A stretch of 63,282 nucleotides of DNA, counting the filler, from Octopus bimaculoides (taxonomy: Eukaryota), in assembly GCF_001194135.2 (NCBI RefSeq). It is 5 parts of 5 records of this genome, joined end to end, with 100 filler letters (N's around TTAATTAATTAA, not from the genome) between each part and the next. Parts side by side here need not be neighbours in the genome. Positions count along the whole stretch, not along the records: positions 1 to 28,021 come from NC_068986.1; 4 more parts are not named here. The stretch is one strand, 5' to 3'. Shown piece by piece: positions 13,160 to 25,665 of this stretch (within the stretch, counting starts at the first letter, position 1; every line of letters starts with the position of its first letter). The position numbers and the translations under genes are program-made. Below the pieces are notes generated by a model. The model saw nothing but the letters and a program-made list of their open reading frames with translations. It had not been told where the DNA came from and did no database searches.

Positions 13160-13562
13160 TTTACTCTCTTTTACTCTTTTACTTGTTTCAGTCATTTGAC
13201 TACGGCCATGCTAGAGCAAATCGACCCCAAGACTTATTCTTTGTAAGCCTAGTACTTATTCTATCGGTCACTTTTGCCGAACCGCTAACTTACGGGGACG
13301 TAAACACACCAGCATCGGTTGTCAAGCGATGCTGCGGGGACAAACACACAAACATATACAAACACATACACACACATATATATATATATATATATACATA
13401 TATACGACGGACTTCTTTCAATTTCCGTCTACCAAATCCACTCACAAGGTTTGGTCGGCCCAAGACTATAGTAGAAAACCCTTGCCCAAGGTGCCATGCA
13501 GCGGGACTGAACCCAGATCCATGTGGTTGGTAAACAAGCTACTTACACACATCCACTCCTGC
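13160..13562 (-). mobile_element. SINE family B, full length
   Basis: Co-linear with 11618-12018. Confidence 0.85.
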
Positions 13563-13732
13563 GCCGATATATATGTGTACATATATATATATTTATATAT
13601 TCATGTGTGCATATAGGTGTGTGTGTGTGTGTTGTACGTATGTGCTGTGTGTATGTGTTTAGTGGTTTAGGTTCACAAAGAAGACAATAAAATACTTATT
13701 ACATTTCGTAAATAACATACATATATACAGAG

Positions 13733-13970
13733 GGGGAGCGTGGTTTAGTGGTTAGGGTGTTCCACTCACGATCGTAAGAATGTGGTTTCGGTTTCTGCAC
13801 CGGGGGACACGTTGTGTCCTTGAGCAAAGCACTTCATTTTGCGTTGCTGCAGTACACTCAGCCGGCAAAAACGGAATAATCTTGTCACGGTCCAGGTGGG
13901 GAATATATAGGCCATGGAAACCGGCGAAGCGGCCCTCATGATCCTAACATGGCTCGAGGAGGAAACATTT
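13733..13970 (+). mobile_element. tRNA-headed SINE
   Basis: ggagcgtggtttagtggttaggg head, gtgtccttgagcaaagcacttc domain, tail atggctcgaggaggaaac. Confidence 0.7.
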
Positions 13971-14173
13971 ATTTATGCACATACGAACGTATGCGCCCCA
14001 TACACACACAAATACATATACACATATACATGTGTAAATGTACAGAGCCTTATACTTATATATGCTTAAATACATACACACATAACGAAAATATACTTAT
14101 CTACATGATGATGAAAATGTCCTTTTCCATCTATCTGTGTGTGTGTGTGTGTGTGTGTGTCTGTCTGTCTATT

Positions 14174-14225
<52 letters not shown>

Positions 14226-14991
14226 GCAATATACATACATCCATATACACACACATCTCTCTATATATATATGTATATATATATATAAACTTCTTCCCCA
14301 ACACCTCAAAAACAAAGATTAGTAACATCCTCACTGGCGGTGTCTCATCATGGTCGCAGCCTCAAGGCTGAAACATATAAAAGAATAAAAGAACAAAATG
14401 ATTTCATAAAATTATAAAAAAATTACATTTTGTTACAAATCACCTTTACACTCCAAAAACTTTAACTAATNNNNNNNNNNNNNNNNNNNNNNNNNNNNNN
14501 NNNNNNNNNNNNNNNNNNNNNNNNNNNNNNNNNNNNNNNNNNNNNNNNNNNNNNNNNNNNNNNNNNNNNNNNNNNNNNNNNNNNNNNNNNNNNNNNNNNN
14601 NNNNNNNNNNNNNNNNNNNNNNNNNNNNNNNNNNNNNNNNNNNNNNNNNNNNNNNNNNNNNNNNNNNNNNNNNNNNNNNNNNNNNNNNNNNNNNNNNNNN
14701 NNNNNNNNNNNNTATATATATATATATATATATATATATTATGCGCTTTGTGCCCAGTGGCAGTGGCCATGCTGGGGACTGCCAGTATCATCATCTTTCA
14801 ATGACCATTTTCTTGCGATTGGCATTTGGTGAATAAGAGAATTTGATATTGCTGTCTTCTATTCAGTTTCTTGCCGTGTTGGTTCATCTCATAGCATTGG
14901 TAGCAGAAGTCCAAGTTGCTTCTTGAAAACGTCTATCACCATTTCATATGAATCTTTCAGGCTTTTCAGCAAGATATTAAATAGATGTAGG

Positions 14992-15110
14992 TCCCAAGCG
15001 TATTGCTGTACCTGGTCCTCATCATAGACGCGATGTGTGGGTTCCAAAGGTTCCACAGGTTCCACGCCTCGCGTCTAGAATGCGAGCCAGGTACTGCAAT
15101 ACGCTTGGGA
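14992..15110. repeat. About 120-nt hairpin with a 48-bp imperfect stem
   Basis: cccaagcgtattgctgtacctgg pairs with ccaggtactgcaatacgcttggg (22/23), extending inward through tagacgcga/tcgcgtcta; loop holds three ggttcca repeats. Confidence 0.8.
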
Positions 15111-15566
15111 TTCAAGCGTAATCTGTTTCGTGTCTAGTGTAAGTTTAGTTGTCTGCTAGGTGTCTAATATAACTCACGATGGCAACGTTGGGTGCTAACA
15201 CATCTAAGACCTCACAAACGTATATAACCGCACATCTAACCCATATTAAGTAGAATCGAGATTCTTTCAGTCTCCACCTAACTGTTCCAATAATGCATTA
15301 TTGCTGGTATAGTACAACTGTACTGTCTCAAGTTCCACTATTAATTTGACAGTGTGGGGTGACAATACTTGAGAGTATTAGTCCAAAGGGCTGAGGAATA
15401 ATATCCTCCGTAAAACGAATGTAGGCTCCTAGTCTTTTGTTCTGATAGTTTTCTAACTGCATCCAACTATTCACCAGCAAATCGCCACCATCACAAGGAT
15501 ATGTACATGAAATGAGGCGTCGCTGCTTATATCAAACACCAGATCACGCAATATACTTTAATTTGA

Positions 15567-16014
15567 AAGCCGGTGAGCTGGCAGAAACGTTAGCAAGCCG
15601 GGCGAAATGTTTAGTGGTATTTCGTCTGTCTTTACGTTCTGAGTTCAAATTCCGCTGAGGTCGACTTTGCCTTTCATCTTTTCGGGGTCGGTAAATTAAG
15701 TACCAGTTGCGTACTGGGGTTGATATAATCGACTGGACCCCTCTCCACAAATTTCGGGCCTTGTGCCTAAAGTAGACAAGAATATGTTTTACTTTGAAAG
15801 GAGGCGAGCGGGCAGAAACGTTAGCATGCCGGTTGAAATGCTTAGTGGTATTTCGTCTGTCTTTACGTTCTGAGATCAAATTCCGCTGAGGTCGACTTTG
15901 CCTTTCATCCTATCGGGGTCCATAGATTAAATACTTGTTGCGCACTGGGGTCGATCTAATCGACTGGCCAGGGGAAGCGGGCCAAAATTTCGTGCCATGT
16001 GCCTAGAGTAAAAC
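15567..16014 (+). mobile_element. Two tandem SINE family A copies (about 15567-15783 and 15798-16014)
   Basis: Each starts aaggcggcgagctggcagaaacgttagc-like and contains the B-box-like gagttcaaattcc. Confidence 0.85.
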
Positions 16015-16439
16015 TTCTTTTGGTTCAAAGAATCCTAAATATCGGGTGTAAAAATACATAGTCGCTAAGTTTCATGGACAGTTGTCCCTTTCGTGACTTC
16101 AGTCAGGCATTTACTGTTACGTTGCTCTGTCTTACTCATCTAAAGCAAATACCAACTGCAGCCTGTTCTCCTTCCAACATTCATGACCTCGATACACGTA
16201 TGGGAAAGTGAAGAGAGTGTGAGAGCTTAGCTATGCTTTTAGGCGACTACATACGACTTGATACAAATTACAAAACCATGCCACACACCACCACACCATT
16301 CGTGATTCCAGTTGACTACTGTACAGTTAACACACACACATAAATGTGTATACACACATGCATACACACATTCATATACACACATGTACACACACATGCA
16401 TACGCACACACACATATATATATATATTTATGTATGTAT

Positions 16440-16610
16440 GTACGCTTTTTTTCTCTGCTTGTTTCTCTCCTTGTTTCTTTCTGTGTTCCTTTCTTTAGAA
16501 GAGCGTAGGCTCGAAACGTTAAAGACTTTTTCAATTCCCGAGTGTTATACTAATACATCTATCTGTCTTCTACACCACCTGTCTTCGTCTTTTATTTCTT
16601 TGTGAATTCT

Positions 16611-16615
<5 letters not shown>
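16440..16615 (+). mobile_element. Solo 3' terminal fragment of the same PLE family as 32880-33060
   Basis: tttctctccttgtttctttctgtgttcctt...gaagagcgtaggctcgaaacgttaaagac...ctaatacatc...cacctgtcttcgtc...gtgaattctccc is co-linear with the reverse complement of 32880-33060. Confidence 0.8.
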
Positions 16616-16644
<29 letters not shown>

Positions 16645-17389
16645 NNNNNNNNNNNNNNNNNNNNNNNNNNNNNNNNNNNNNNNNNNNNNNNNNNNNNNNN
16701 NNNNNNNNNNNNNNNNNNNNNNNNNNNNNNNNNNNNNNNNNNNNNNNNNNNNNNNNNNNNNNNNNNNNNNNNNNNNNNNNNNNNNNNNNNNNNNNNNNNN
16801 NNNNNNNNNNNNNNNNNNNNNNNNNNNNNNNNNNNNNNNNNNNNNNNNNNNNNNNNNNNNNNNNNNNNNNNNNNNNNNNNNNNNNNNNNNNNNNNNNNNN
16901 NNNNNNNNNNNNNNNNNNNNNNNNNNNNNNNNNNNNNNNNNNNNNNNNNNNNNNNNNNNNNNNNNNNNNNNNNNNNNNNNNNNNNNNNNNNNNNNNNNNN
17001 NNNNNNNNNNNNNNNNNNNNNNNNNNNNNNNNNNNNNNNNNNNNNNNNNNNNNNNNNNNNNNNNNNNNNNNNNNNNNNNNNNNNNNNNNNNNNNNNNNNN
17101 NNNNNNNNNNNNNNNNNNNNNNNNNNNNNNNNNNNNNNNNNNNNNNNNNNNNNNNNNNNNNNNNNNNNNNNNNNNNNNNNNNNNNNNNNNNNNNNNNNNN
17201 NNNNNNNNNNNNNNNNNNNNNNNNNNNNNNNNNNNNNNNNNNNNNNNNNNNNNNNNNNNNNNNNNNNNNNNNNNNNNNNNNNNNNNNNNNNNNNNNNNNN
17301 NNNNNNNNNNNNNNNNNNNNNNNNNNNNNNNNNNNNNNNNNNNNNNNNNNNNNNNNNNNNNNNNNNNNNNNNNNNNNNNNNNNNNNNNN

Positions 17390-17437
<48 letters not shown>

Positions 17438-17799
17438 TGAAGTGAACAGAAAATAGATTAGAATCGAATAAGATTAGAATAGAACAAGAAATAGGTTAGA
17501 AATAAATATTTAAAATTATAACAAAAAAACAAAAAACAAAAAAAAAGAGAATGTCAACAAAAGCATTTGATTTCCATTTTGAATCGTACATACGTAGATA
17601 TTTTTTAATGCAATCAGAAGTCGGTGAGCTTAAGTTGTTTCATCCCGTTTTATATCGATGAACTAAACCGATTCTCTCGCACATATTTCTGTTCAGAGAG
17701 GAGGTATACTTCGCTTTTGAGCTGCCGGCTTATTCGAGTTTACCAAAGATATATTTCTCTATGTTGGTGGATTGTTGTCATTGTTGTTGTTGTTGATGC

Positions 17800-17947
17800 T
17801 AAGTTCTGAGTTGAAGTTCCGCCAAGGTCGTCTTTGCCTTTCGTCCTTCCGGGGTCGATAAATTAAGTACCAGTTGAGTACTTGGGTCGATGTAATAGAC
17901 TGTACTCCTCCCCACAAATTTTGGGCCTTGTGCCTAGAGTAGAAAGG

Positions 17948-17950
<3 letters not shown>
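17800..17950 (+). mobile_element. SINE family A, 5'-truncated, (TTA)n tail
   Basis: Core and tail similarity to the other copies. Confidence 0.8.
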
Positions 17951-17979
<29 letters not shown>

Positions 17980-18009
17980 ATAGTCTTACTTTTATCGCTT
18001 GAAAACCCG

Positions 18010-18941
18010 TGCTAAAATTGCTGCCTTAGCTATTATGACTGAAAAATGGCATGGAAAACCTCTCAATGGCAAATACCCAAAAGAGAGCGAATAATGCAGA
18101 TATTGACAAAGCCCTTACCCACCAATGGTTAATGGCCTCTGGCTTGAAATCAGAAACAGAGGGGTTTATCATAGCAGCCCAAGATCAATGCCTACCTACA
18201 AAGAACTACCAGGCCAACATATTAAAGAACGGCAGCTCCCCATTATGTCGTATATGCCAACAACAAAATGAGACCATCGATCATGTTGTCTCCATGTGCA
18301 GTCTGCTTGCGCCTACAGAGTATCTCAACAGGCATGATAGAGCTGCACAATATATTCNNNNNNNNNNNNNNNNNNNNNNNNNNNNNNNNNNNNNNNNNNN
18401 NNNNNNNNNNNNNNNNNNNNNNNNNNNNNNNNNNNNNNNNNNNNNNNNNNNNNNNNNNNNNNNNNNNNNNNNNNNNNNNNNNNNNNNNNNNNNNNNNNNN
18501 NNNNNNNNNNNNNNNNNNNNNNNNNNNNNNNNNNNNNNNNNNNNNNNNNNNNNNNNNNNNNNNNNNNNNNNNNNNNNNNNNNNNNNNNNNNNNNNNNNNN
18601 NNNNNNNNNNNNNNNNNNNNNNNNNNNNNNNNNNNNNNNNNNNNNNNNNNNNNNNNNNNNNNNNNNNNNNNNNNNNNNNNNNNNNNNNNNNNNNNNNNNN
18701 NNNNNNNNNNNNNNNNNNNNNNNNNNNNNNNNNNNNNNNNNNNNNNNNNNNNNNNNNNNNNNNNNNNNNNNNNNNNNNNNNNNNNNNNNNNNNNNNNNNN
18801 NNNNNNNNNNNNNNNNNNNNNNNNNNNNNNNNNNNNNNNNNNNNNNNNNNNNNNNNNNNNNNNNNNNNNNNNNNNNNNNNNNNNNNNNNNNNNNNNNNNN
18901 NNNNNNAACTTGTACAAATGCAAAACAAAAGTCAAACATAA

Positions 18942-18945
<4 letters not shown>
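18010..18945 (+). mobile_element. R4/Dong-like RLE non-LTR retrotransposon, 5'-truncated, gap inside
   Basis: WLMASGLKSETEGFIIAAQDQCL...CRICQQQNETIDHVVSMCSLLAPTEYLNRHD (CCHC knuckle before the RLE domain); flanked by (TTA)n and (TAA)n. Confidence 0.85.
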
Positions 18946-19037
<92 letters not shown>

Positions 19038-19055
19038 CATCATCATCATCATCAT
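18943..19055. repeat. (TAA)n/(CAT)n microsatellite
   Basis: Direct inspection. Confidence 0.95.
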
Positions 19056-19099
19056 GGATATTATTATTACTATTTTTTATTTTAGTATTATTATTATTG

Positions 19100-19570
19100 T
19101 GTGAGAGAGCAGCGCACGACATCAAAGTGACACTAGGTTTCAAATAAACGAAGTCGAGTATATCCATCATGACGACCCGTCTGATAAGAGTACATCAGGC
19201 ACGTACATCACAACTATATGGGCGAGACGTGGTCACGCATATATAATGAGATAAGCGTTATCATAATGAGATAAGCAACGCATGACATTGAATGTGAGGG
19301 CTAGTTAGAATTTCCTTCGGGTCAAGTAGCCTATCCCGCTTAACCCCACCCCAAATCCTTCTCAACACATGGCTATGATGCGTCCCCAATAATCCCGTTC
19401 GTGATCAGAGATGCACATAACGTCAGCCTCTAATGGACATGTTCAACTGGTGAACATCAAATAACTAACGAGCAGATGTGTGTCATTGAGCAAAATATTT
19501 GCTGTAGCCCATCTTTTATGCCAACACAAAATATACCAGGTACATGATAACATTTCGAATCAGTTACATC
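19100..19570 (+). mobile_element. Dispersed repeat associated with the R4/Dong fragments (probable non-coding 5' region)
   Basis: Same sequence recurs at 21370-21480 and 21790-22170 (gagcagaatatttgctgtagcccatcttttatacc...gtacatgataacatttc). Confidence 0.55.
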
Positions 19571-19584
19571 AAGGTATTTGTTAT

Positions 19585-19896
19585 TCTTCTTCTTATTATT
19601 ATTATTGTTCAGTAGTTTTATTTTTATAACGTGCTTTCACTTCACTACCGAGCGCAGCTCTGTGTGCCTTGGGTATGTGCTGTGGTTTTCTGTGATGCTC
19701 TTATGGTTACTGTATTGAAAGTGTTTTGCATAGGCTGTGTGCAGTGCCCAGTAGTGCAATTTTCTGTATGTTATATATATTTGTAAGTCCTGGTGTTTTT
19801 GTTATGTATTTGTCTGAATATTTTTTTTATTATACCTAAGGCACCTACTATGATAGGAATTGTTTCTGTTTTTAGATTCCACATTCGAGTTATCTC

Positions 19897-19905
<9 letters not shown>
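19585..19905 (-). mobile_element. R4/Dong-like LINE 3' end (duplicated at 20330-20650)
   Basis: IEITRMWNLKTETIPIIVGALGII...QKIALLGTAH, the typical RLE C-terminus. Confidence 0.8.
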
Positions 19906-19941
<36 letters not shown>

Positions 19942-20641
19942 CATTTTGTTTGANNNNNNNNNNNNNNNNNNNNNNNNNNNNNNNNNNNNNNNNNNNNNNN
20001 NNNNNNNNNNNNNNNNNNNNNNNNNNNNNNNNNNNNNNNNNNNNNNNNNNNNNNNNNNNNNNNNNNNNNNNNNNNNNNNNNNNNNNNNNNNNNNNNNNNN
20101 NNNNNNNNNNNNNNNNNNNNNNNNNNNNNNNNNNNNNNNNNNNNNNNNNNNNNNNNNNNNNNNNNNNNNNNNNNNNNNNNNNNNNNNNNNNNNNNNNNNN
20201 NNNNNNNNNNNNNNNNNNNNNNNNNNNNNNNNNNNNNNNNNNNNNNNNNNNNNNNNNNNNNNNNNNNNNNNNNNNNNNNNNNNNGTACATGATAACATTT
20301 CGAATCAGTTACATCAAGGTATTTGTTATTCTTCTTCTTATTATTATTATTGTTCAGTAGTTTTATTTTTATAACGTGCTTTCACTTCACTACCGAGCGC
20401 AGCTCTGTGTGCCTTGGGTATGTGCTGTGGTTTTCTGTGATGCTCTTATGGTTACTGTATTGAAAGTGTTTTGCATAGGCTGTGTGCAGTGCCCAGTAGT
20501 GCAATTTTCTGTATGTTATATATATTTGTAAGTCCTGGTGTTTTTGTTATGTATTTGTCTGAATATTTTTTTTATTATACCTAAGGCACCTACTATGATA
20601 GGAATTGTTTCTGTTTTTAGATTCCACATTCGAGTTATCTC

Positions 20642-20686
<45 letters not shown>

Positions 20687-20689
20687 CAT

Positions 20690-21370
20690 TTTGTTTGACT
20701 TTTGGTTTGTATTTGTACTAGTTGGCTCCAAGTTTCTCCCAGAGACCTGAAGAGACAACAAGTTAGAAGTTCATGCTGGTGTTATGCCTAGGGTTTCACA
20801 TATTTGGTCTTTGCACATATTGTTGTTCTAGAGAATGTTTAAAGAAAACAAGAAAATTATGAATTTGTTTTAAAATTTGAGATTACATAGACTGTATTTT
20901 ACGTAGGATATGGGCAGTTCCCATGAGCACTATCTTTTGATTTTCTGCCATTTTGGGGTTTCCTGGTATCTGAACTAGGTAGCAATCAGCCCCGTTTTGC
21001 TATCATTCTTAGGGCACCTATGACAATAGGTATTGTTTTAGTCTCCAGGTGCCACATTTTGCCAATTTCTATTTCAAGATCTTTATACTAGGCCTTGTCA
21101 GATACGTTTATATCGATTGGGACAGTCATATCAATGAGGAGGCATGTCTGAAGTCGTCCAATATAACGTCTAGCCTATTCGCATCTATCTTTCTGTCAGT
21201 TTGAATGGTGAAGTTCCAGAGGAGTGAGATGTGATTTTTTTCAAGCACTAGAGGTGGTTTGTGTTCCCACCAGTTTTTATCATGGGGCAAGTCCAAGTTT
21301 TTGCAAGTTACCTAGTGAATATATTGTGCTGCTCTATCATGTCTGTTAAGATACTCAGTATGTGGTATTG
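20690..21370 (-). mobile_element. R4/Dong-like LINE RLE domain and 3' end
   Basis: TEYLNRHDRAAQYIH...WWEHKPPLVLEK...LLWNFTIQTDRKIDANRLDV...GALRMIAK...QKIVLMGTAHILRK; 3' end matches 18907-18945. Confidence 0.85.
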
Positions 21371-21482
21371 AGTAGAGTATTTGCTGTAGCCCATCTTTAA
21401 TACTAAGACAAAACAATGTACATGATAACACTTCCAATCAGTTAAGATTAGTAGCCACGAGAACCACTGTTTGGTATTGCAT

Positions 21483-21567
<85 letters not shown>

Positions 21568-21568
<1 letters not shown>

Positions 21569-21770
21569 AGGCGGTGAGTTGGTAGAATCTTTAACACGGC
21601 GGGTGAAATGCTTAGCAGTATTTCATCTGACGTTACATTCTGAGTTCAAATTCCGTCGACATCCTTTTGAGGTCGATACAGTGAGTAGCAGTTGTGCTCT
21701 GGGGTCGATGTAATCGACTCATCATCTCCCCTAAAATTTCCGGCCTATTGCCAAAATGTGAAATCGGTAT
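21568..21770 (+). mobile_element. SINE family A
   Basis: aaggcggtgagttggtagaatc...gagttcaaattccgtcgac. Confidence 0.8.
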
Positions 21771-21789
21771 TATTTTTAATATTATTGAG

Positions 21790-22170
21790 TGAGAGAGCAG
21801 ATAGAATTGAATTTTCTTCAGGTTGAGTAGTCCATCCCGCTCATAAGGTCCTTGAATACAGCTTGTTTAAGTATGATGAACGAAACACCCATGTTTCTAA
21901 ATGTGAACTATCCAAATCCCAAGGAATTCCTTTCAACACATATCTATGATGTTCCTCCACTACATCTGCTCGTAATCAGAGATGCGCATATCGTCAGCGG
22001 CCAAAGGACATGCTCAACTGGTTAAGGTCAAACAACTGACAAGCAAATCTGTGGTATTGAGCAGAATATTTGCTGTAGCCCATCTTTTATACCAAAACAA
22101 AACAATGTACATGATAACATTTCCAATCAGTTAAGATCAGAAGCCATGAAAGCCACTGCCTGGTATTGCA
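21790..22170 (+). mobile_element. Dispersed repeat, same family as 19100-19570
   Basis: Co-linear similarity over about 350 bp. Confidence 0.55.
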
Positions 22171-22174
22171 TCTT

Positions 22175-22206
<32 letters not shown>

Positions 22207-22339
22207 ATTTTCTAATTGCTCTCTTTCATCATCGTAGTTGGAATTCATATTTTCCATTTTTATTTGCATACCAAGCACTCTGTCAAGTTTAAATGAATAA
22301 ATCGGATATATTTCAATGGTAGCATGCATAGAAACAAGT

Positions 22340-22645
22340 GGAGCCACATGGGCTAGTGGTTAGAGGAAGGAGATTTCAGTCGAGGGATCGCGGGTTCGAA
22401 TATCTTACCGGGCGATGTGTATGTTTATGAGCAGAGCACCTCGGCTCCATGCGGCTCCGGCAGAAGGTAATGGTGACACTCAGCTACCTCTTTCGCCACA
22501 ACTTTCTCTCACTCTTTGCTCTTGCATCTAGTAGTTCACCTGCGACTTACCGGCGGCCCTCACAGATGGGGTGCCTGTACGTCAATGAAACCGGGAATCC
22601 GACCCTTATGAGCCAGGTATGGCTCGAGAAGGAAGAAGAATTTTG
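22340..22645 (+). mobile_element. SINE family C
   Basis: ggagccacatgggctagtggttag...gggttcgaat head; co-linear with 39680-39975. Confidence 0.8.
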
Positions 22646-22845
22646 AAAGAGTTTGGAAATGTTAACCACTACGTTTAATAAAACAGTCTCAAAGAACCTT
22701 ATGGAAATAAAAACTGAAATAAATAGGAAAAAAAGAAATGGCTTTGATTCAAAGATGAAACCTCTTCCTGTCTATTTTGTGTGTTTGTTTTCCAGTGATT
22801 CAGAAAAATATTGCAGTCGATTAAACCAATTACATTGTATTGATT

Positions 22846-23010
22846 TCAAATTTTGGGACAAGGCGAACAATTATGGGGAAGGCTGCAAGTCGATTACATC
22901 GTCCCCACTGCGCAGTTGGAATATATTTTATCAACCCCTGGAAGGTAGAACAATGAAGTCGAAGTCTGCGGAATTTGAACTCGGCTTACAAACGATTCTG
23001 CCAGCTCAAC
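22846..23010 (-). mobile_element. SINE family A, degenerate
   Basis: Reverse-complement core gcggaatttgaactc. Confidence 0.65.
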
Positions 23011-23149
23011 GCCTTCGAACATTTGGGTGATATTAATCATGATTTCATATCCTGAATAGGGTCACTAGTTAATTTTCAGCACAACTCCGAGTATCAATGA
23101 ATCTTAATACTTCCGTTCACAGGACCCTTGTACAACACAAGCAATTTCC

Positions 23150-23830
23150 TTAGAATGTCAACTTGCTCTTTATTTTCACTTCATCACTATTTGTCTCGTC
23201 TGGAAATAAGAGAACTTTCCATTCTAATAATCTCAATCCTTCTTTTGTGTTCTGATTCATATTTCCTGTTTTCTTGCTATATATATCCCACGTGCATTAA
23301 TCGCACATTTCTAATATTAATTGTTGCTAACTGCTGGTTTTTACTGATTACAATTAATTTTATTTTTCTATTCATTAATTTCTAATCCATGCGATATTTC
23401 TTTGTCATTTTCTGAATGTACAAAGTTCTGTAGGTCATCTATGTTGACATTTAATAATACAGTATCGTCTTACGTCTAACGTTGTTCACACTTCCTATTG
23501 ATACGCCTAATATCACTTCTACTTCTCTAAAGGTCTTCTAATTGCTAAATAGCTTTCAGTATCATAATTAGCGTTGTCAAATTCCTTTTTTAATTTCAAA
23601 TTCTTGGTTTGTCTCTCTTCCATCCTTAGCACTGTTATCATTTGCAAATCTTTGCCTCGTATCCCAAGCTTTGATAAACAACCAATCATTTTACCACATT
23701 TTACTCATCATGAATCTTCGTAGAGTCGAAGTAGTTTATACAAACATTTTGATTTTTATCTCCAAATCTTTTCACAAGTGTCTCTTTTAGTTAAATACTT
23801 CTTCACGTTCCCGTTCCTTGTCTGAAACTA
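23150..23830 (-). mobile_element. Highly decayed LINE RT fragment
   Basis: Broken frames give LGIRGKDL..., EFEIKKGI..., GVSIGSVNNVR followed by a DDTVLL-like segment (YADD region). Confidence 0.5.
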
Positions 23831-23856
23831 TTTAGTAGTTCACTTACTTCCTTGTA

Positions 23857-24412
23857 CGAGGGTGAGTCAAAAAGTAATGCCATTTTGTTTAGGACAGATA
23901 TAATTACCAACACAGGAACATGTATCATACATCAAAATGAAGCTGGTCCTCTGTGGATCACATCTCTACTTCTCAACATAGTCACCGTTTCTCTCAATAG
24001 CAATGTTCCACCTTTGAATGAGAGCATGTATCCCTGCCCCGTAAAATTCTGTTGACTGTTCTTTGAGCCACTTCTTCACTACCTCCACACTCACCAGAAT
24101 TAGCGCCTTCAGACTATCATCTCTTTGGTGCCATGAAAGAGGGTTTGAGAGGCAAGCCTTATTCCAGTGACGAGGGAGTTAAAACTGTATTGAAGAAGTG
24201 GCTCAAAGAACAGTCAACAGAATTTTACGGGGCAGGGATACATGCTCTCATTCGGTGGTGGAACATTGCTATTGAGAGAAACGGTGACTATGTTGAGAAG
24301 TAGGAATGTGATCCACGGAGGACCAGCTTCATTTTGATGTATGATACATGTTCCTGTGTTGGTAATTATGCCTGTCCTAAACAAAATGGCATTAAGTTTT
24401 GACTCACCCTCG
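23857..24412. mobile_element. Palindromic non-autonomous mariner derivative made of two inverted 3' ends
   Basis: TA|CGAGGGTGAGTCAAAA...TTTTGACTCACCCTCG|TA; arms of about 220 bp; plus strand 24095-24303 encodes PELAPSDYHLFGAMKEGLRGK...ERNGDYVEK*. Confidence 0.9.
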
Positions 24413-24639
24413 TATATTTTTGCTGCATTTCTTTGTTAGAGGAATTTTAGTAATAAATTGGTCACCTGATCCATTATGTTTATACATTTACACTAAATGT
24501 AGACTTGAGATGTTAGTTCAAAGGTCCTTCCCGAAACGTAAGCTCATAAGGTCAGTTTTCAGGATTCTATGGAGTACATACATATATACATACATACTTT
24601 CCTACATACATACATACATACATACATACATGCGTACAT

Positions 24640-24810
24640 CGCACCCCGGAAGAGACACCATTCCGTCGCAGGATAACTCATTTTTATCATCTAAGTGAAC
24701 TGGAGCAAGGTAAATAGAAGCACTTTGCTCAAGAACAAAGCCCATCGCCCGATCCATGAACGGAAACGACAATCTTACGATCCGTGAGGGCAACACTGTA
24801 AACACGCGCC
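24640..24810 (-). mobile_element. CORE-like SINE (related copy at 44530-44660)
   Basis: gtgaactggagcaaggtaaatagaagcactttgctcaag resembles gtggattgaagcaaagtgaaataaagtgtcttgttcaa at 44541-44579. Confidence 0.55.
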
Positions 24811-25665
24811 TGCCTCCAGCTCTTCGTAATGAAACAAAGACTATTTAATCTCTGTTAGTATGTGTCAACTCACATACACTACATAAATCTATTATTAATA
24901 CTAGGTTATTCTTATCTGATATTTTAATGCTTCACTTCGTATTTTATCTGCTGCATTTGCCTTCTTGTCTTTCATTTTTCGACTTTTTTTAAGAATTTGC
25001 TTACATTAGTAACATCGATATTGGACATTTGCTGTTTGTTCTCATAAACAAACAGTTATGCAAGCGAATCCCTATGAAACACTGGAACGTCATTTTAGTC
25101 CTTAATACTACAACATTGTTTACTCATGCATGTCCGGTTTGCGATCGTATTTCGTCAAGCATTTCTTTGGATTTATGATTCTATATGACATAAATCAACC
25201 GAACTTATGGTTCCTGTATTTCAGTGTTCACATGAACCATTTATTAGGAGTCCTATAACTATCTTGATATTCCTATTTGTATTTCTCGGGTTCTTCCATT
25301 ACATTTTACAGTAGAATTTGATTTATCATTCATGTTTCATTTTCGCAAATATCTTCTTAATTCCTATATTCTTGACTTGCGTTTCGGTAAACTTCTATTA
25401 TTTATCTCCCTTGGCGAATTGCTCGAGTTTCGTTTCAGTGGTTTTGTAGGTATCATTCGGTTTTGTAATAATAATTCTCATAGATATTTGTGTTGTACGA
25501 TGGACACAAAAAGACTTTAAAGATGCAGTTTTAACTAAATGATTAATAACTTTATATTTCAAGCAAATTCATATTTAAATTTATAATAGATTATATGTTT
25601 GTAACACATGCGAATTTCCTCAATCCATCACACACACGAACACACACACACGGATTTCCTCAATC

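Noticed and set aside
19540-20698. Apparent 414-bp tandem duplication (19540-19953 = 20285-20698)
   Set aside because: The copies look identical, including microsatellite length, and abut either side of a gap: most likely overlapping contig ends duplicated by the assembler.
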